Source of the DNA: Octopus bimaculoides
Lineage: Eukaryota
DNA: 55,902 nt
Reading direction: 5' to 3'
Assembly (NCBI RefSeq): GCF_001194135.2
Contig: NC_069004.1
Span: 147,935 to 203,836 of the forward strand
Below are positions 27,901 to 41,303 of this stretch, in pieces. The notes below the pieces were generated by a model. The model saw nothing but the letters and a program-made list of their open reading frames with translations, ran no database searches and was not told the DNA's origin. The stretch's first letter is position 1, and every line of letters starts with the position of its first letter. Made by a program: the position numbers and the translations under genes.

Positions 27901-30900
27901 TGGGTTTTTCCGGTAGTCGGTGAGTACTATTCTGTGTGTGTGTGTTTGTCTGTCTATCTTTTGGTATAACTTTCTTTAATGAATTCAAAGTGCTTCTTAG
28001 AGTTTAAAGCAAGTACAAGCATGACTGTGTGGTTAAGAAGATTATTTCAGAACCGTGTGGTTTTGGGTTTATGTCCATCGTGCAGCACCTTAGGCAAGTG
28101 TCTCATACTCTGGCCCCAAGCCAATCAAACCCTTGTGAGTGGATTTGGTAAACAGAAATTGAAAGAAGCCTCTGTGATTTTTGTGTTCACCATTGCCTTG
28201 GCATCCCAAGGTGGTTACAAATGAGCATTACCATCATACACATAATGTTGTTTGTTTCCAGTCTTCCATGTAAAAATATGTTTGGCCGTGGGGAAGTATA
28301 TCACCTTGCTTGCAAACAGGTGAGGATTGATGACACAAAGAGCATTTAACCATAGAAAATCTGCTTCAAAACATTGCCTGACCCATGCAAGCATGGAAAT
28401 GTGGACATTAAATGATGATGGTAGTGACCTCCTTATCACAGACTTTTATCAACTTCATCACCTCACCATTTTCTAAGAATTTTCTTATTACAGTTTGTTG
28501 TATGATTGCAGAGGTTAATGCTTTTTCTTTCGACCTTTATTTCAATAACAGTAATTTTTGTTTTCTTTATTTCAACTGATTTTTTCCTTTTTTTTATATA
28601 TTTGTTTTTACAGAGGGGTCAGTCACTCCATTCTCTCAGACATGACCGTCATCGACCAAGAGACACCAAGTGGCCGGACATCAAATTCCTCTAATTTGGA
28701 TAGATTTGAAAGCAGCCAGAGTGGTCGAGACTTTTTTGAGGATGAATTTGACAAGTTAGGAGGCTTTTCTTTAAGCTCGAAGTAATTGCCATTCTTTTAC
28801 TATATATTTTTATATATTTTTTACACTTTTTTATAAATGTTTAGACTAAGCTATTTTATTGTGTTCTGTGCAACTAGTCCAACTTTAAACCCCTTCTTTT
28901 TTTAAACCCCTTCTTTAAACCACTTTTTTTTTTCTGTTTTTTTTTTTTTATTTTTAATAAATTTTTAGAATAATTACTTTACACCATTTGCAGTTTTTAA
29001 AGTTCAACTATTGGAAGACGGGGGATCAAATTAATTGTTGATTTGTGATTTGATTCTAAGCCTCTAACACTTAAACCAGCCTTATCCATTCTAAATATTC
29101 TACTTATTTTACTTTCAAATTGGCCAGATCTAGCCTCTTGCAGCTACCCAACAATGTCATTCTAAATCTCAAAGCTACAAGATACTGCAGAATTAATTCA
29201 AAACAATGTGAATAAATAAGCAGGACATTTGACAGAGTAATCTGAATGCTGAAGGGGTAAATGCAATGTGGTGGTGGTTGTGAGAGGGGTCAGTTTATAA
29301 CTTGATCATAAATGGAGCATTAAGTTCTAATATATAAACTTCAAAAGAATTTAGGTCCCTAAGTGGGCGTTATAGTATTGATGAGTTTGTAGTAGTGTGG
29401 CAATTCTCAATTTCATTAATACAGGCGGCTGAAAAGATTGGCCGTAAATAGGTTTTACTCTTCTAAGAGCGAGCGTACAGTATTGGTCAGTAATAGCTTT
29501 AGTTGTGAGCCTGGCTGGTCAACAGACAACCATGTTTAAATATCATTTTCACTCCAAGGCCTCGTTTTCAACTGGCGGTAGTAATATTAACAGTAGTAAA
29601 TATAACCTGTATAGTAGTTATAGTAATAATATTAGTACTTATTACCTCTGCTGAAGAATCTGAGCACTACCAGGTGAGTTTGTAAAGTTCTGAACCACCA
29701 AAATATAACATGGGGCATTACAATATTCTGCATAGTTTCCATCTTTTGACTTTGCAAGTTGTATCAATGGAGATGCTGTTGACCGGCCTCTCAGTTTCTC
29801 AAGTTGTAGAGAGTAAACGCTGATGACTTGCTTTTGGTTGCTCAGGATTATCAAGCTCTGAGTGCATGCAGGACATTGAAATATTACAGATTTTATCTCA
29901 CGAGTGGAAAATGGTAGATTCTTTGACCACATGAAATGGAGCAATCACATCGCGCCTGGATGGCACAAGGAAATGTGGAGCTGTGTAAGGTCCACGGGGG
30001 TAGAAGATGTACAATAAACCTGAGAAAAGGTATCTACAGCCTTGTTCTCCTTACCCAACCAATAAATGGCATCATATTTGAAACAATATTGCTCAATCCT
30101 CCATCATAATACCTTGCCGTTCTTGACTTTATCTTTGTGTTTGTTGTTGAACCCAGGCTGGGCAGTTGGAATGTGGGTGTTTGTTGTAACAACAGTAAAA
30201 AAAAACATTTAAGTGTGGCAGTAGCTACTAAATTGGCGTCGGATACAGGATCATGTTTCGGACTGAGAGGACATGCAGCACAGGATTCGTTAGCGGGGAC
30301 TGACTGAGCTTAGGTAACTTGAAGATTGAACCTCTACCATCTGCATCTGTACTTGGATAAAGCCCCAGTCAAGGTCTAAGTTGTCCTGCTCCAACAACCG
30401 TTGCTGTATGCTACTAGAAGGCATGCCACTTATGAAGGCATCTCTTGCAGCCAAAACAGCTTTGTATCCACAATCTTTTGCCAAAAGTTTGTGCTTCTGG
30501 GGGGATTGATCTAAACTTTGTCCCTCCTCCTGCTTGCAACTGTATAACAGGTGATATGCATACACTATATCAGTGGTTCTCGACCTGTGCTCTGTAGGCT
30601 CCTGGTGGTCCACAAAAGTAGTACTGGGGGACCTGTGAACTACATTCAAAATTTCATATCAATATAAACATAAGGATAACAATATCCTGGGGTCCGTGGG
30701 AAAACTCATTTGAATAAAAGGAGTCCTTGGTAATGAAAATTGGGAACCACTGCACTACATTCTTTGGTTTCATGTATAGTGAAGTAAGACTGTCAAGAGC
30801 TCTGGTGTACATGATGCAGTCCGTAATATATTCAAACACATTGGCTGTAAATAGGCTTTACTCTTCTAAGAGTCAGTAATAGCTTTAGTCGTGAACCTGG

Positions 30901-32741
30901 CTGGTCAACAGACAACCATGTTTAAATATCATTTCTAAGCTTCGCTTTCACTCCAAAGCCTCGTTTTCAACTGGGCTGTAATAATGTTAACAGTAGTAAA
31001 TATAACCTGTATAGTAGTTATAGTAATAATATCAGTCATTATTACCCTGGAGTTTTAACTTACTGCCTTTCCAAGGATATGGGATCTTGGTAGGAGTGAA
31101 GCAATTTATTTAAAAGATTCTGAAAAAAGATCTTTGTTTCTCTCCATTATTTTGTAGACACAGCAACATTCCTCTTCTGATGAGCCATATGAGATTGGCT
31201 TTCGTGTTCTGTTTGAAATAGTAATGTGTTTGTTTGTTTTAGGGGGTGGGGGGTAGTACTTTTTATCACCATTACAGAACTGCTTTGTGTGTTTCAATAT
31301 GTTCAAAAGATTTTAGTAAAATATACAGGCTTCACTATGTGGTGAAGAAGTTTACTTCCCAACCAAATGGTTTCAGGTTCAGTCCCTCTACATGGCAAGT
31401 GACTTCTACTAAAGCCCTGAGCCAAACAAAACCTTGTTAATGAAATTGGTAGATGGAAACTGAAAGAAGCCCATCATATACGTGTGTGTTTTCTTGTCCT
31501 GACAAATAGCTGTAAATGAGTGTCACTGTCATATAAGAAGTGTTATTCATTCCCAATTTTCTGCAAAAATGTGTGACCATGAAATAGATGGAAGCAGAAA
31601 GAGCGTCCAGCCACAGACATTCTGCCTCAATAAACTCTGTCTGGCCGACACAAATATGGAAAAGTGGATGTTAAAAAAAAGGGATGTTCACTGCTGTTCA
31701 TATTACAATGTATTTGATGGGGAAATTTAATTTAAGTGTCACTAAATATAATATAAATATCAACTTGTCTGTAACAGGCTGATATTAAGGAATTGTTCTA
31801 TACCTAGCCATTAAGAATAGGTATCAGATCACGTGCAGTTGTTACCAGGGCTAGATTAGCATTTCATTTGTGGGGAAAATTATCTCTCAGTTTGCTTAAT
31901 TTTAATATGATGCAACAGAAGGTAGACACTGACCCTTTCTGGGCATTTTATGCTTGCAATAATGAAGGTATGCAATTTCATTGTTTTTAATGTCCTGGAT
32001 TTATAAATATGTTTGCCTGATTCGTTGTGGCCAGCTTTTTTGTTTTAGAGTTGATTAATTAGTGTGAGTGGAGATATTAAGTTGTAAAACTATTTCCTCC
32101 TGAAAAAAATTATGTAACTTCCTAAATTAAAAAAATTTTGAAACCCTAAATTCCTGATAGTTAAAAAAAAATGTTTTTCATACCAACCCTTTATAAAGGA
32201 AACATCAATCTCTCTTCCTCTCCCCTACACTACACGATTATCCAGCCTATCTAGGATGGAGCACAATAAAATTCACACACACACACCTATTCATTCATTC
32301 ATCATACGTGCACATGTCCATTCACTGGATGGTTTCAAAAGAACAAAAAGATATCTGCATTATAAAATCCAAATGAATTTGTTCATCACTGTAAGTTTAG
32401 TTGCTCTCAGAACTAGGAAAAATATGTCATTTTAAACACAGGTTATTCAACAGATGTATGGTTAAAGGACCTTTGACCCAAACTGTAAGATTTTTTTCCT
32501 CTCCTCATATCAATTAAACTTATCGTAATCTTCATCTCTTGGACTGTTGTTATTGCCAATGCAAGGCTTTGCTATTTTCATCAGATTCCATATTTTAATC
32601 CTAAACTACATGATAGACAAAGCTTCATCCCCACCAACAGTTTTAGCCATTGTTGCACTACCACTTGCCTCTGCATTGACTGTTGCACCTCTAAACTCGT
32701 TCACTTCATAACAACCTACACTTAAACCCACTTAATGATGC

Positions 32742-32789
<48 letters not shown>

Positions 32790-34854
32790 CACTTCTTCCT
32801 CTGGTATCCTTCCTCTCAGTGATATTTCATATATTAGAGACAATGCAAGTGATGAACAAATATCTTTCGGTGCATTAGTATATGAACTGCTTTAGAACCG
32901 TTACAGTGTCTTGTTAAGTACCTTGCTTTTCTGAGTTCAACTGCCAGAACCAACTTTGCCTGACATTTCTTTCAAGGAGTTAGTAACCTACATACCAGTA
33001 ATATACTTGGGTTAGTTCAGTCTATAAAATCTTTCTGCCCTTTTTGCAAAGAAAATAAAATAGGTCTTGTGCCTAAAAANNNNNNNNNNNNNNNNNNNNN
33101 NNNNNNNNNNNNNNNNNNNNNNNNNNNNNNNNNNNNNNNNNNNNNNNNNNNNNNNNNNNNNNNNNNNNNNNNNNNNNNNNNNNNNNNNNNNNNNNNNNNN
33201 NNNNNNNNNNNNNNNNNNNNNNNNNNNNNNNNNNNNNNNNNNNNNNNNNNNNNNNNNNNNNNNNNNNNNNNNNNNNNNNNNNNNNNNNNNNNNNNNNNNN
33301 NNNNNNNNNNNNNNNNNNNNNNNNNNNNNNNNNNNNNNNNNNNNNNNNNNNNNNNNNNNNNNNNNNNNNNNNNNNNNNNNNNNNNNNNNNNNNNNNNNNN
33401 NNNNNNNNNNNNNNNNGTTACATGGTTAGCAGCAGGAAGCAGGGGAGGGTGCCTAGCTTGGAAAAGAAATAGCTAAAAGTTGCAGTAGGCATTAAAACTA
33501 GAAAAAAAAAATCCATCTAGTTCTATTTTATTCCCCCCCCCCCTATTTTCATTGCCTGCTTTTCTTGGAAGGTTGCAGGGGTAGAGTCTTCAGGCACTTC
33601 CAACCGTCATTAAACTTTCCTGCTGGATTCTGAACCATTAATGGATGTTACCTCTTGGACCTACCTGCTTTGCAGTACAAGGATCTGCAACCTCTCTGCT
33701 TCTATCTCATACTCTCAGAACAAGGTGTAGATGGTATTGGCACTTGATGGGAAATGCAATGTATTTTTCAAACAAACTCCTCTCTCTTAGGTTCAAATGC
33801 ATCTCATGTTAACCTGTGTGACAGACAAGGAATAAAAATATCATTTAAAACAAAATTCTAAACTGCCTTTGTATTTAATTCCTGCAAGTCTACAAAGCAC
33901 TCAGTGTTCCATTAGGACAAACTGTATTTTAATTTTATTGACCTATTTTGAAGAGAAGGTAATAGCTGATAGATGTAGGGATCTACCTCCTGTTGTAAAC
34001 AGGGAGAACAACTCAAATACTGACATCCCCCACATCCTTCCACTTAATGGAGTATAACAATTGACGTCCAATATTGCACCAAGCACAAGCCATTGAAAGG
34101 ATGTCTATGTGGTTGCTCGACCTGCTAGAAAAAACAGCCAAAAATCTTCAAATCATACTAATCCAACTGTCTTTCTGACCTGCCAGAAATAGTGGCCAAA
34201 ATCTCTTTCAGAACATACCTACACTAATTCACACTGGATATTCTGACTCTCAGTGTAGCATCAGAATAAAAGACAAATCATTGCTTTTCATAATAGATCA
34301 GATCTGCTGAACTGGAGCCTACTTGGGGTTATACAGCAGGTTCAATAAACTCATTGTTGCCACTTTTACTGGCTTCGGTTAAAAAGCTGCCATCAGTGCT
34401 TTAAGAATGAAAACCTGTAAACCTCAGTAAAACAAGAGATTGATGTTGTTGGGAGTTTGATATTGCTGGGATCAAAAGGGGACTCTCACCATGACCATCC
34501 CATTTCTGTTTCATCAGCGATGTCCATCAGACCACATTATCTAAAATGTGCTGCTTCTTTTTTTTAATTAAGAAGGTTGGGTGTGATTTGAGGAAGGTTT
34601 TAGCTGTTATTTCTTGCAGGTTGACTGATTACATAGAGGTGCCGTCATTGACTTATGTTTTATAGTGTTTCTGTTGATATTCTTGTTGAGTTGTTTCAGT
34701 CAACTCCATTTGAGCAGATGAGGTTGAGGCAGAGGTGGGGGTTAACTATTCAGAAATACCACCATCCTTGTCATTTTACATTTGTCTGTTTCTTCCATCC
34801 TTGCTGGGAATGGTTTCGAGGATTCTCCCAGCATCTCACTATTTGTCATGGTTC

Positions 34855-34893
<39 letters not shown>

Positions 34894-36720
34894 GGCACAT
34901 ACAACAAAAGATAAAAGAAAAAAAAAAATGCCAGTCTTGCTTGTTTTGGACAGGGCTATTGCTAGACACCTTTCACTAACTACTTTTTACAGTATGGACT
35001 TGGTGCATTTTGTTGTGGCATTAATACTAAAAATGTTCTCTGTGACAGGACTAGTTCCCTCTCACCTATATTGATTTCATGCTTTGCTTTTTGTTTTGTT
35101 TTGTTTTTCTCCTAGATAGATTGCTTTCACGGCAACATGTGAAGTGAGTCTCTTCTATTCATTTTCTTTTTTTTTTTTAAATGACAAATTATATTTCTTT
35201 AAGATTTAGACACAAACATTAATGACATATAAGACAAGAGATTTAATGTAATATTCAATTCTTAATATGTAATATAATCTAGTGGCAGGAGTTTAAAAAC
35301 AAAAAAATGACTAAGTGCCTGGCACATAGCAGCCAAATCTGCCACATACCTTTGGTTAAGAATAAATGAAACAGAGATTCTGATATAATGTTTCCGATGG
35401 TCACAGTTGGAATGTCTTTTATAGCCATTGACACCACTCGGGCATTGTGAAAATAATAATCCTTTATCAGGATGATAAGAGTTGGTCAAAATGATCCTGA
35501 AACAATTTTAGTGCCTTACATGTTAATTTACATCCTGTTTTATGGTTTTGTATTTAAACATCTGCCAGGTCACTTTGTTTTATCTCCCTAAAGTCCATGA
35601 AACTCAGTACCTTTCTTCAAGTATATAATTCACACTACCCCTCCCCTCAACTAACTGACGTCTATATCAAAGTAAATACAATTATCATTAGACAAGATTA
35701 AGACATCGAGAGTTAAATTAGTACTGGATGAATTCAAATCTCCACTCCCTCTAGAAGAAAACAATCTTTTCTTTCAATAAATGACTACTTCCTCCTCTGG
35801 TACAAGTGACCATACTTCATCCATCTCTATAGTCGACTGTATCTCTTTATTTTCTGTAAATGACCATACCCCCCCCCCCNNNNNNNNNNNNNNNCCCCCG
35901 TACAAACAATCATACTTCCTCCTCCCCTCTATAGATGACCATACTACCCCCATACAAACGTTTTAGCCTTGTGCCAATATTACAGGTTAACCGTATTATT
36001 TTCATTATCAGGAAGTTGAAACGCAACAATTACTAACCACAAAGGGCAGTGATTTAACAGAATGGTTACTATGTCAAACAAAACTGCTTTGTGGTATTAC
36101 TTCTAACCCTTTAATCTTTTGAGATCAAGTTTGCTTTTCATCCTTCCAGGTTCAATAAGATGAAGGACCAGTCATGTATTGGAACCAATATCCTCAAATT
36201 TCTAACCTTTTGCCTATGCTACAAACAATTATTAGGAAGATGGTGAAGTATTAGAAATGGTAGCCTGACATATTAAATGCTTTGTTAGTAGCATTCTGTA
36301 TATCATTACTTAATGCAAATATGCTATCGAAAGTCTGGAAACTGTGGTGTTTGTCTCAAGATGTATAGTGTTAAAAGACAAAGATGTATCAGTACCAGAT
36401 AGAAAGTGTCTAGCAGCTGTAGGCATTTTCCATGTGTTGTTAGTATTTGCTCATGTTCTAAGTCCAAGCCCCACTCTGGTTATCTTCTCTTTTATCTTTC
36501 TGAGGTTGTTGAAATAAGCGCTGGCCAAGTGGGGCAAGATTCCAGATACTAATGACCTCCCTGTGTGTGTGTATAATTATATATGATATTATTATTAACA
36601 TGGTGGTGGAGGACAGTGGAGTTTCTACATTCTAAGTTCAAATCTTTCTGAAGCCAACTTTGCCTTTTATAACTCCAGAGTCAATAGAATAATATTGATT
36701 ATGTACTAGGATCAACCATT

Positions 36721-36758
<38 letters not shown>

Positions 36759-38881
36759 TGATCCTGGCCTGAGTTGGATAGTTTTTGACAAGAACTGGCC
36801 AAGCAGGAGCCTGCACCAGACTTCTGTGTATGTTTTGGCAGAGTTTTTACAGCTGGATGCTCTTCCTAACACCAACCACCCAGCAGAGTGGACCGAGTGC
36901 TTTTTACATGGCACAAGCACAGGCGAGGTCAGTTTGGCATGGTTTCTACAGCTGGATGCTCTTCCAAACACCAAACACTTTACAGTGTGGACTGGATGCA
37001 TTTTAAGTGGCACCAGCACTGGTAAGGTCACCACGTAACTTTGCAAGACAAAGAAGATCCTTTGAGAGGGAGGGAGGGAGGGGGAATTGGAGGAGGAGGA
37101 GGTGATCTTGTGTCAGTTGATGATGAATGGTTATAGTGAGAGAGAGACAGGTGTCTTGCTGTAGGAGAGGTCCATGGTTTCCCAGCCAGAGAGATCAGGA
37201 GTGAGGACAGAAACAGGTGTGCTGCTGTAAAGGAGGTACATGGCTACCCAACTGGAGAGAGGGAGAGATGGTGGTAAAATGCCGGGCCTACTCACAAGGG
37301 ATGGTGATCAATATAGTCTCTCCTTGCCAATTTCTGGCTTTATGCCTGTGTCAGAAACTATTACACCCCCAGCTTTCCTTCACTGAATAGTTTTGCTTCA
37401 ATATAAAAATCAATATTGTCAGGAGACAATATTGATTTTTGTAGGTCAACAGGTCATCAGATTTTAGCTTCATTACCGTATATTCATCATCATCATCAGC
37501 AGCAGCAACATTTTAACATCCACTTTTCTATGCTTTCATGGGTTGGATGGTATTCGTTGTGCATCTTTCTATGGCCAGATTCCCTCCTTGTCACCAACCC
37601 TTACTTGTTTCCATTTAAGTCAACGTTTTACCAATGGCCAGACGTTTTCATGAAAGTTTGGAAGTGAAGGACACTGCTTGCATGACAGTGGCACTCATTT
37701 ACGTCTGTAACATGATGGGAAGGCAAGGAGACAGTCTCTCTCTCACACACACACGTACCTATATTCGCAATTCAAATCCTGCCACAGTTAACTTTGTCAT
37801 CGATTCTTTCAGGGCTGATGGTACAACCACCAGTCTTACCACTAGACTCAAACTCGAATCCGTCAGTTGTATCGGTCAACTTTGTGGCTGGAGTCAGTGT
37901 GTGAAATCAGGAGAGTAAAAGGCAAGTTTAGTGATGTACAATTTTGAGTTATGTCCCTTGAGGTTCTGAAGTTACATTTCACTGGGGGTCAGATTTTGTG
38001 TTAAAATATATAGCAGCAGCCAAATATTGGGGTCAGTTTTATCTGTAAGAAAGAAGGAAACAAAAAAAATAAATAAAAGCATTATTTAGAGTATTTTGAT
38101 ATGAAGAAGAAATGGCTGTTTCACTGCAGTCATTAATGTGACGAAAGCCGAGCTGAATGTGGCAGATAATTGAATGAGAGGAGCCGTGACTGAAGGCATC
38201 AACTCGTTCAGTAGATGATAGAATTTTGTTGAGGCTGGATGCCCTTCCTAAAGCCAACCTCTTTACAGAATGTTCTGGGTGCTTTTTTTATGGTACCAGC
38301 CATATTATTACTCCCCATCTCAACAGAGATAGGAAATAATATGACAAATCACAGTATATTGGGTTTTGAGTAGTTTAAACATATGAAAGCTACAAATGTG
38401 CATGCAGCAGGCTTCCATACAGTTTTTATCTACCAAAACAGTCCAACTCTGTGGCATCTTGCCAAGTTGTCATATAGCTATGCCTGTATAAATTAAATTT
38501 TTTACATCAAATGGTCTCCTTACTATTAAATTTGGATTTTATAAGGTTAAAACAAATGAGTTTTTGTATCGTGGAACCAATGTTCTTCTCCTTGGGTTTG
38601 TATTGAAAAATGTCAATAATCTCTAATCAATTCTATAAAGTGTGATGCCAATGTTTCTTTTTTCCTTTCCCTTTTTATGGAGTGTGTTTGTTCCTGCAGG
38701 TATCGTGATGGTATGTTTGGCAGCAGCAGTGGTAGTTCCAGTTCGAATTCCAAATGGGGTTATTCTAACCGAACTGGTTCTTGGGATGTTGATAGATTTG
38801 AAACTAAAACTAGTTTTACAGACCCAGTTCCCAGCTATGATGATTCGGATAAGTAAGTATTTCATATTACCTTCAGTTTCT

Positions 38882-38953
<72 letters not shown>

Positions 38954-40904
38954 TTCTCTCTTTTTCTCTCTCCCTGCTCTTTATTTCTCTTCTCTCTCTT
39001 CTCTCTCTCTCCCCCACACATGAAATGAGATAGGTCCAGCAGTGGACTGCTATATCTCTTCTTCACCCCTTGTTTAGCTACAAAATACATTCTTACTGAT
39101 TATTTATTGAATGTGGAGGCTCACAGACAGGACTTCAAGTTTCTGTATCAAGGATAAGCTGATTGCTGCCCTTCTTCAGCTGTTGTAAGTCCATTGCCTG
39201 TAGCATCCATCAATTACAAACACACCTGACATATGTAAACATGGTTTTCACCCTTTACATTTCGGTCATGCTCAATTGCTACTTTCAAATATTGATCCGG
39301 TTGATTCCAGGATTTATTTTTTAAAATAGGATACTTATTTTATCATTTTCTATTTGTTGGACTGCCAAATTATGGCATTCTGGTTGTTAAGCAATGTAAA
39401 CATAGGTGCACACACCCATACATTCATGATAGGCTTCCATACAGTTTCACTTACAAGGTATTGGTTGGCCTGAGACTATAGTAAAAGACACTTGCCCAAG
39501 ATACTACACAGCAGAATTTCAGATATTGACCACATATGCACTTATAGTAGTTTATACATTAAAATATTGACTACACATGTAGATAGCTGTACAAAATATA
39601 TTGAAATATTGACCAAATACATCGGTGTAATATTGACTACAATTTGACCTAATTCACCCTGTTTGAATTCTATATTGAAAGTATATCACTTCTCTTAACA
39701 CTGAATATCTTTTTTTATGTCTATTTTTTCTTTTTCCCCATTTTCACATGGGTTGGACAGAGACTTAATGCAAGATTTTATGGCCAGATGCTCTTCCTGT
39801 TGTCAGTTTTTACCCGTTTTTCAAGCAAGAGATAAAAGCAACCTTAGAAATGTCAAGAGCATCTTAAATAAATATCTAAATGCATTGTGCTTAATAAAAA
39901 TTATAATTTTCTGGACAAATTAACCTTATCTTTAGTCATTATTTCTCTTTTTTTTTTTTTGTCATATTTCTATCTTCACAGTAAAGCTGGGCTGAATTGT
40001 GAATCTTGATGGAAAAAATTCTCAGCAGCATTTCTACCAACTTTTCGCTCCAAGTTCAAATGCTGCCATGGTTAACTTTACCTTTCATCCTTCTGGGGTC
40101 AATAAAATAAGTAGCAGTTGAGCACTGGGGTCAATGTAATCGACCCTTCCCCAAAATTGCTGGCCTTGTGCCAAAATTTGAAACCAATATTTATATCTTT
40201 TATATTTCTGAGATGTGGAATTTATTGTGTACCCTGTTTACATCAGAATGACAAAAGACACCCAAAGAAGGTTGAAGAAGCCAAAATGGTGAAAGCAATA
40301 ATCAAGATGAGGACCACCACTCCAACTAATGTAATCAGTGTACATTATATATCTACAATAGCTTTAGTCATCAGGTATCTTATTGCAAGGTTCAAACCAG
40401 TGAAGTTTACTTCTGATCTAGGAGCAGTAACATCCTTACCTATTGTGTCACTGATCAATATACTGTACAGGCTAAACTTTAGGTATTCAAACATGCTAAA
40501 CATTTCCATACATTAATTCATTTCTACAATAAGGCACTCCTTTTAATTATACTGCTGTTAACAAACAATTACATTTACTCCCAAATATCAATCTCTGATC
40601 TTAGTATCTGCAGTATACACCTCTTTTGTCTATAATAAAATTTCTCCTCTTATATCTACTATAACCTTTGTAGGCCAAGCCGCAACAGAAAAGTTGTTGA
40701 AGTTGAAACCTCTAGCACTGCTCAGAACAAATTTGGCAATGCTAAATCAATATCATCGGATCAGTTCTTCGGGCCAAGAGACCCTGCGGTATGTAGTTGC
40801 TTGTGTAATTTTTCTTTCTGAAATGTGTGTGTGTGCATAAGCATAAACATATACACAAAGATTTTAACAGGATTAATGTTTAAACAGTTGTGAGATTATG
40901 TTTG

Positions 40905-40951
<47 letters not shown>

Positions 40952-41249
40952 GATCTTGTTCATTCATTTACTGTAACTGGTTTTTCTTTGCTAGTATCGC
41001 TTCTTGCACAGGAATTGATTTTTTTCAGACAGGTTTCCAAAGCCTAATACTCTTCTCGTTGTCAGTCTTCTTCTCCTGATTTTCCAAACAAGGGATATTT
41101 AAATTCTGTCTTCAAAAGGGCTGAGCAACCAAACATTATCAACATCACCACTACTTTGCTTAAATAGTAACAAGTGAAACGTCAACATTCACACTCATTC
41201 TTACTCTCTCACACACACACACACGTACTCATACTCATATATGTATGTG

Positions 41250-41303
<54 letters not shown>

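Noticed and set aside
31775-31970. Extra cassette exons in intron 8 (AG...GT pairs near 31780-31835 and 31900-31965)
   Set aside because: Every combination tried gave an in-frame stop or the wrong phase for exons 8 and 9.
38623-39090. ORFs 38642-39028 (+) and 38623-39090 (-) as independent genes
   Set aside because: They overlap true exon 9 in other frames and extend through a (CT)n tract.
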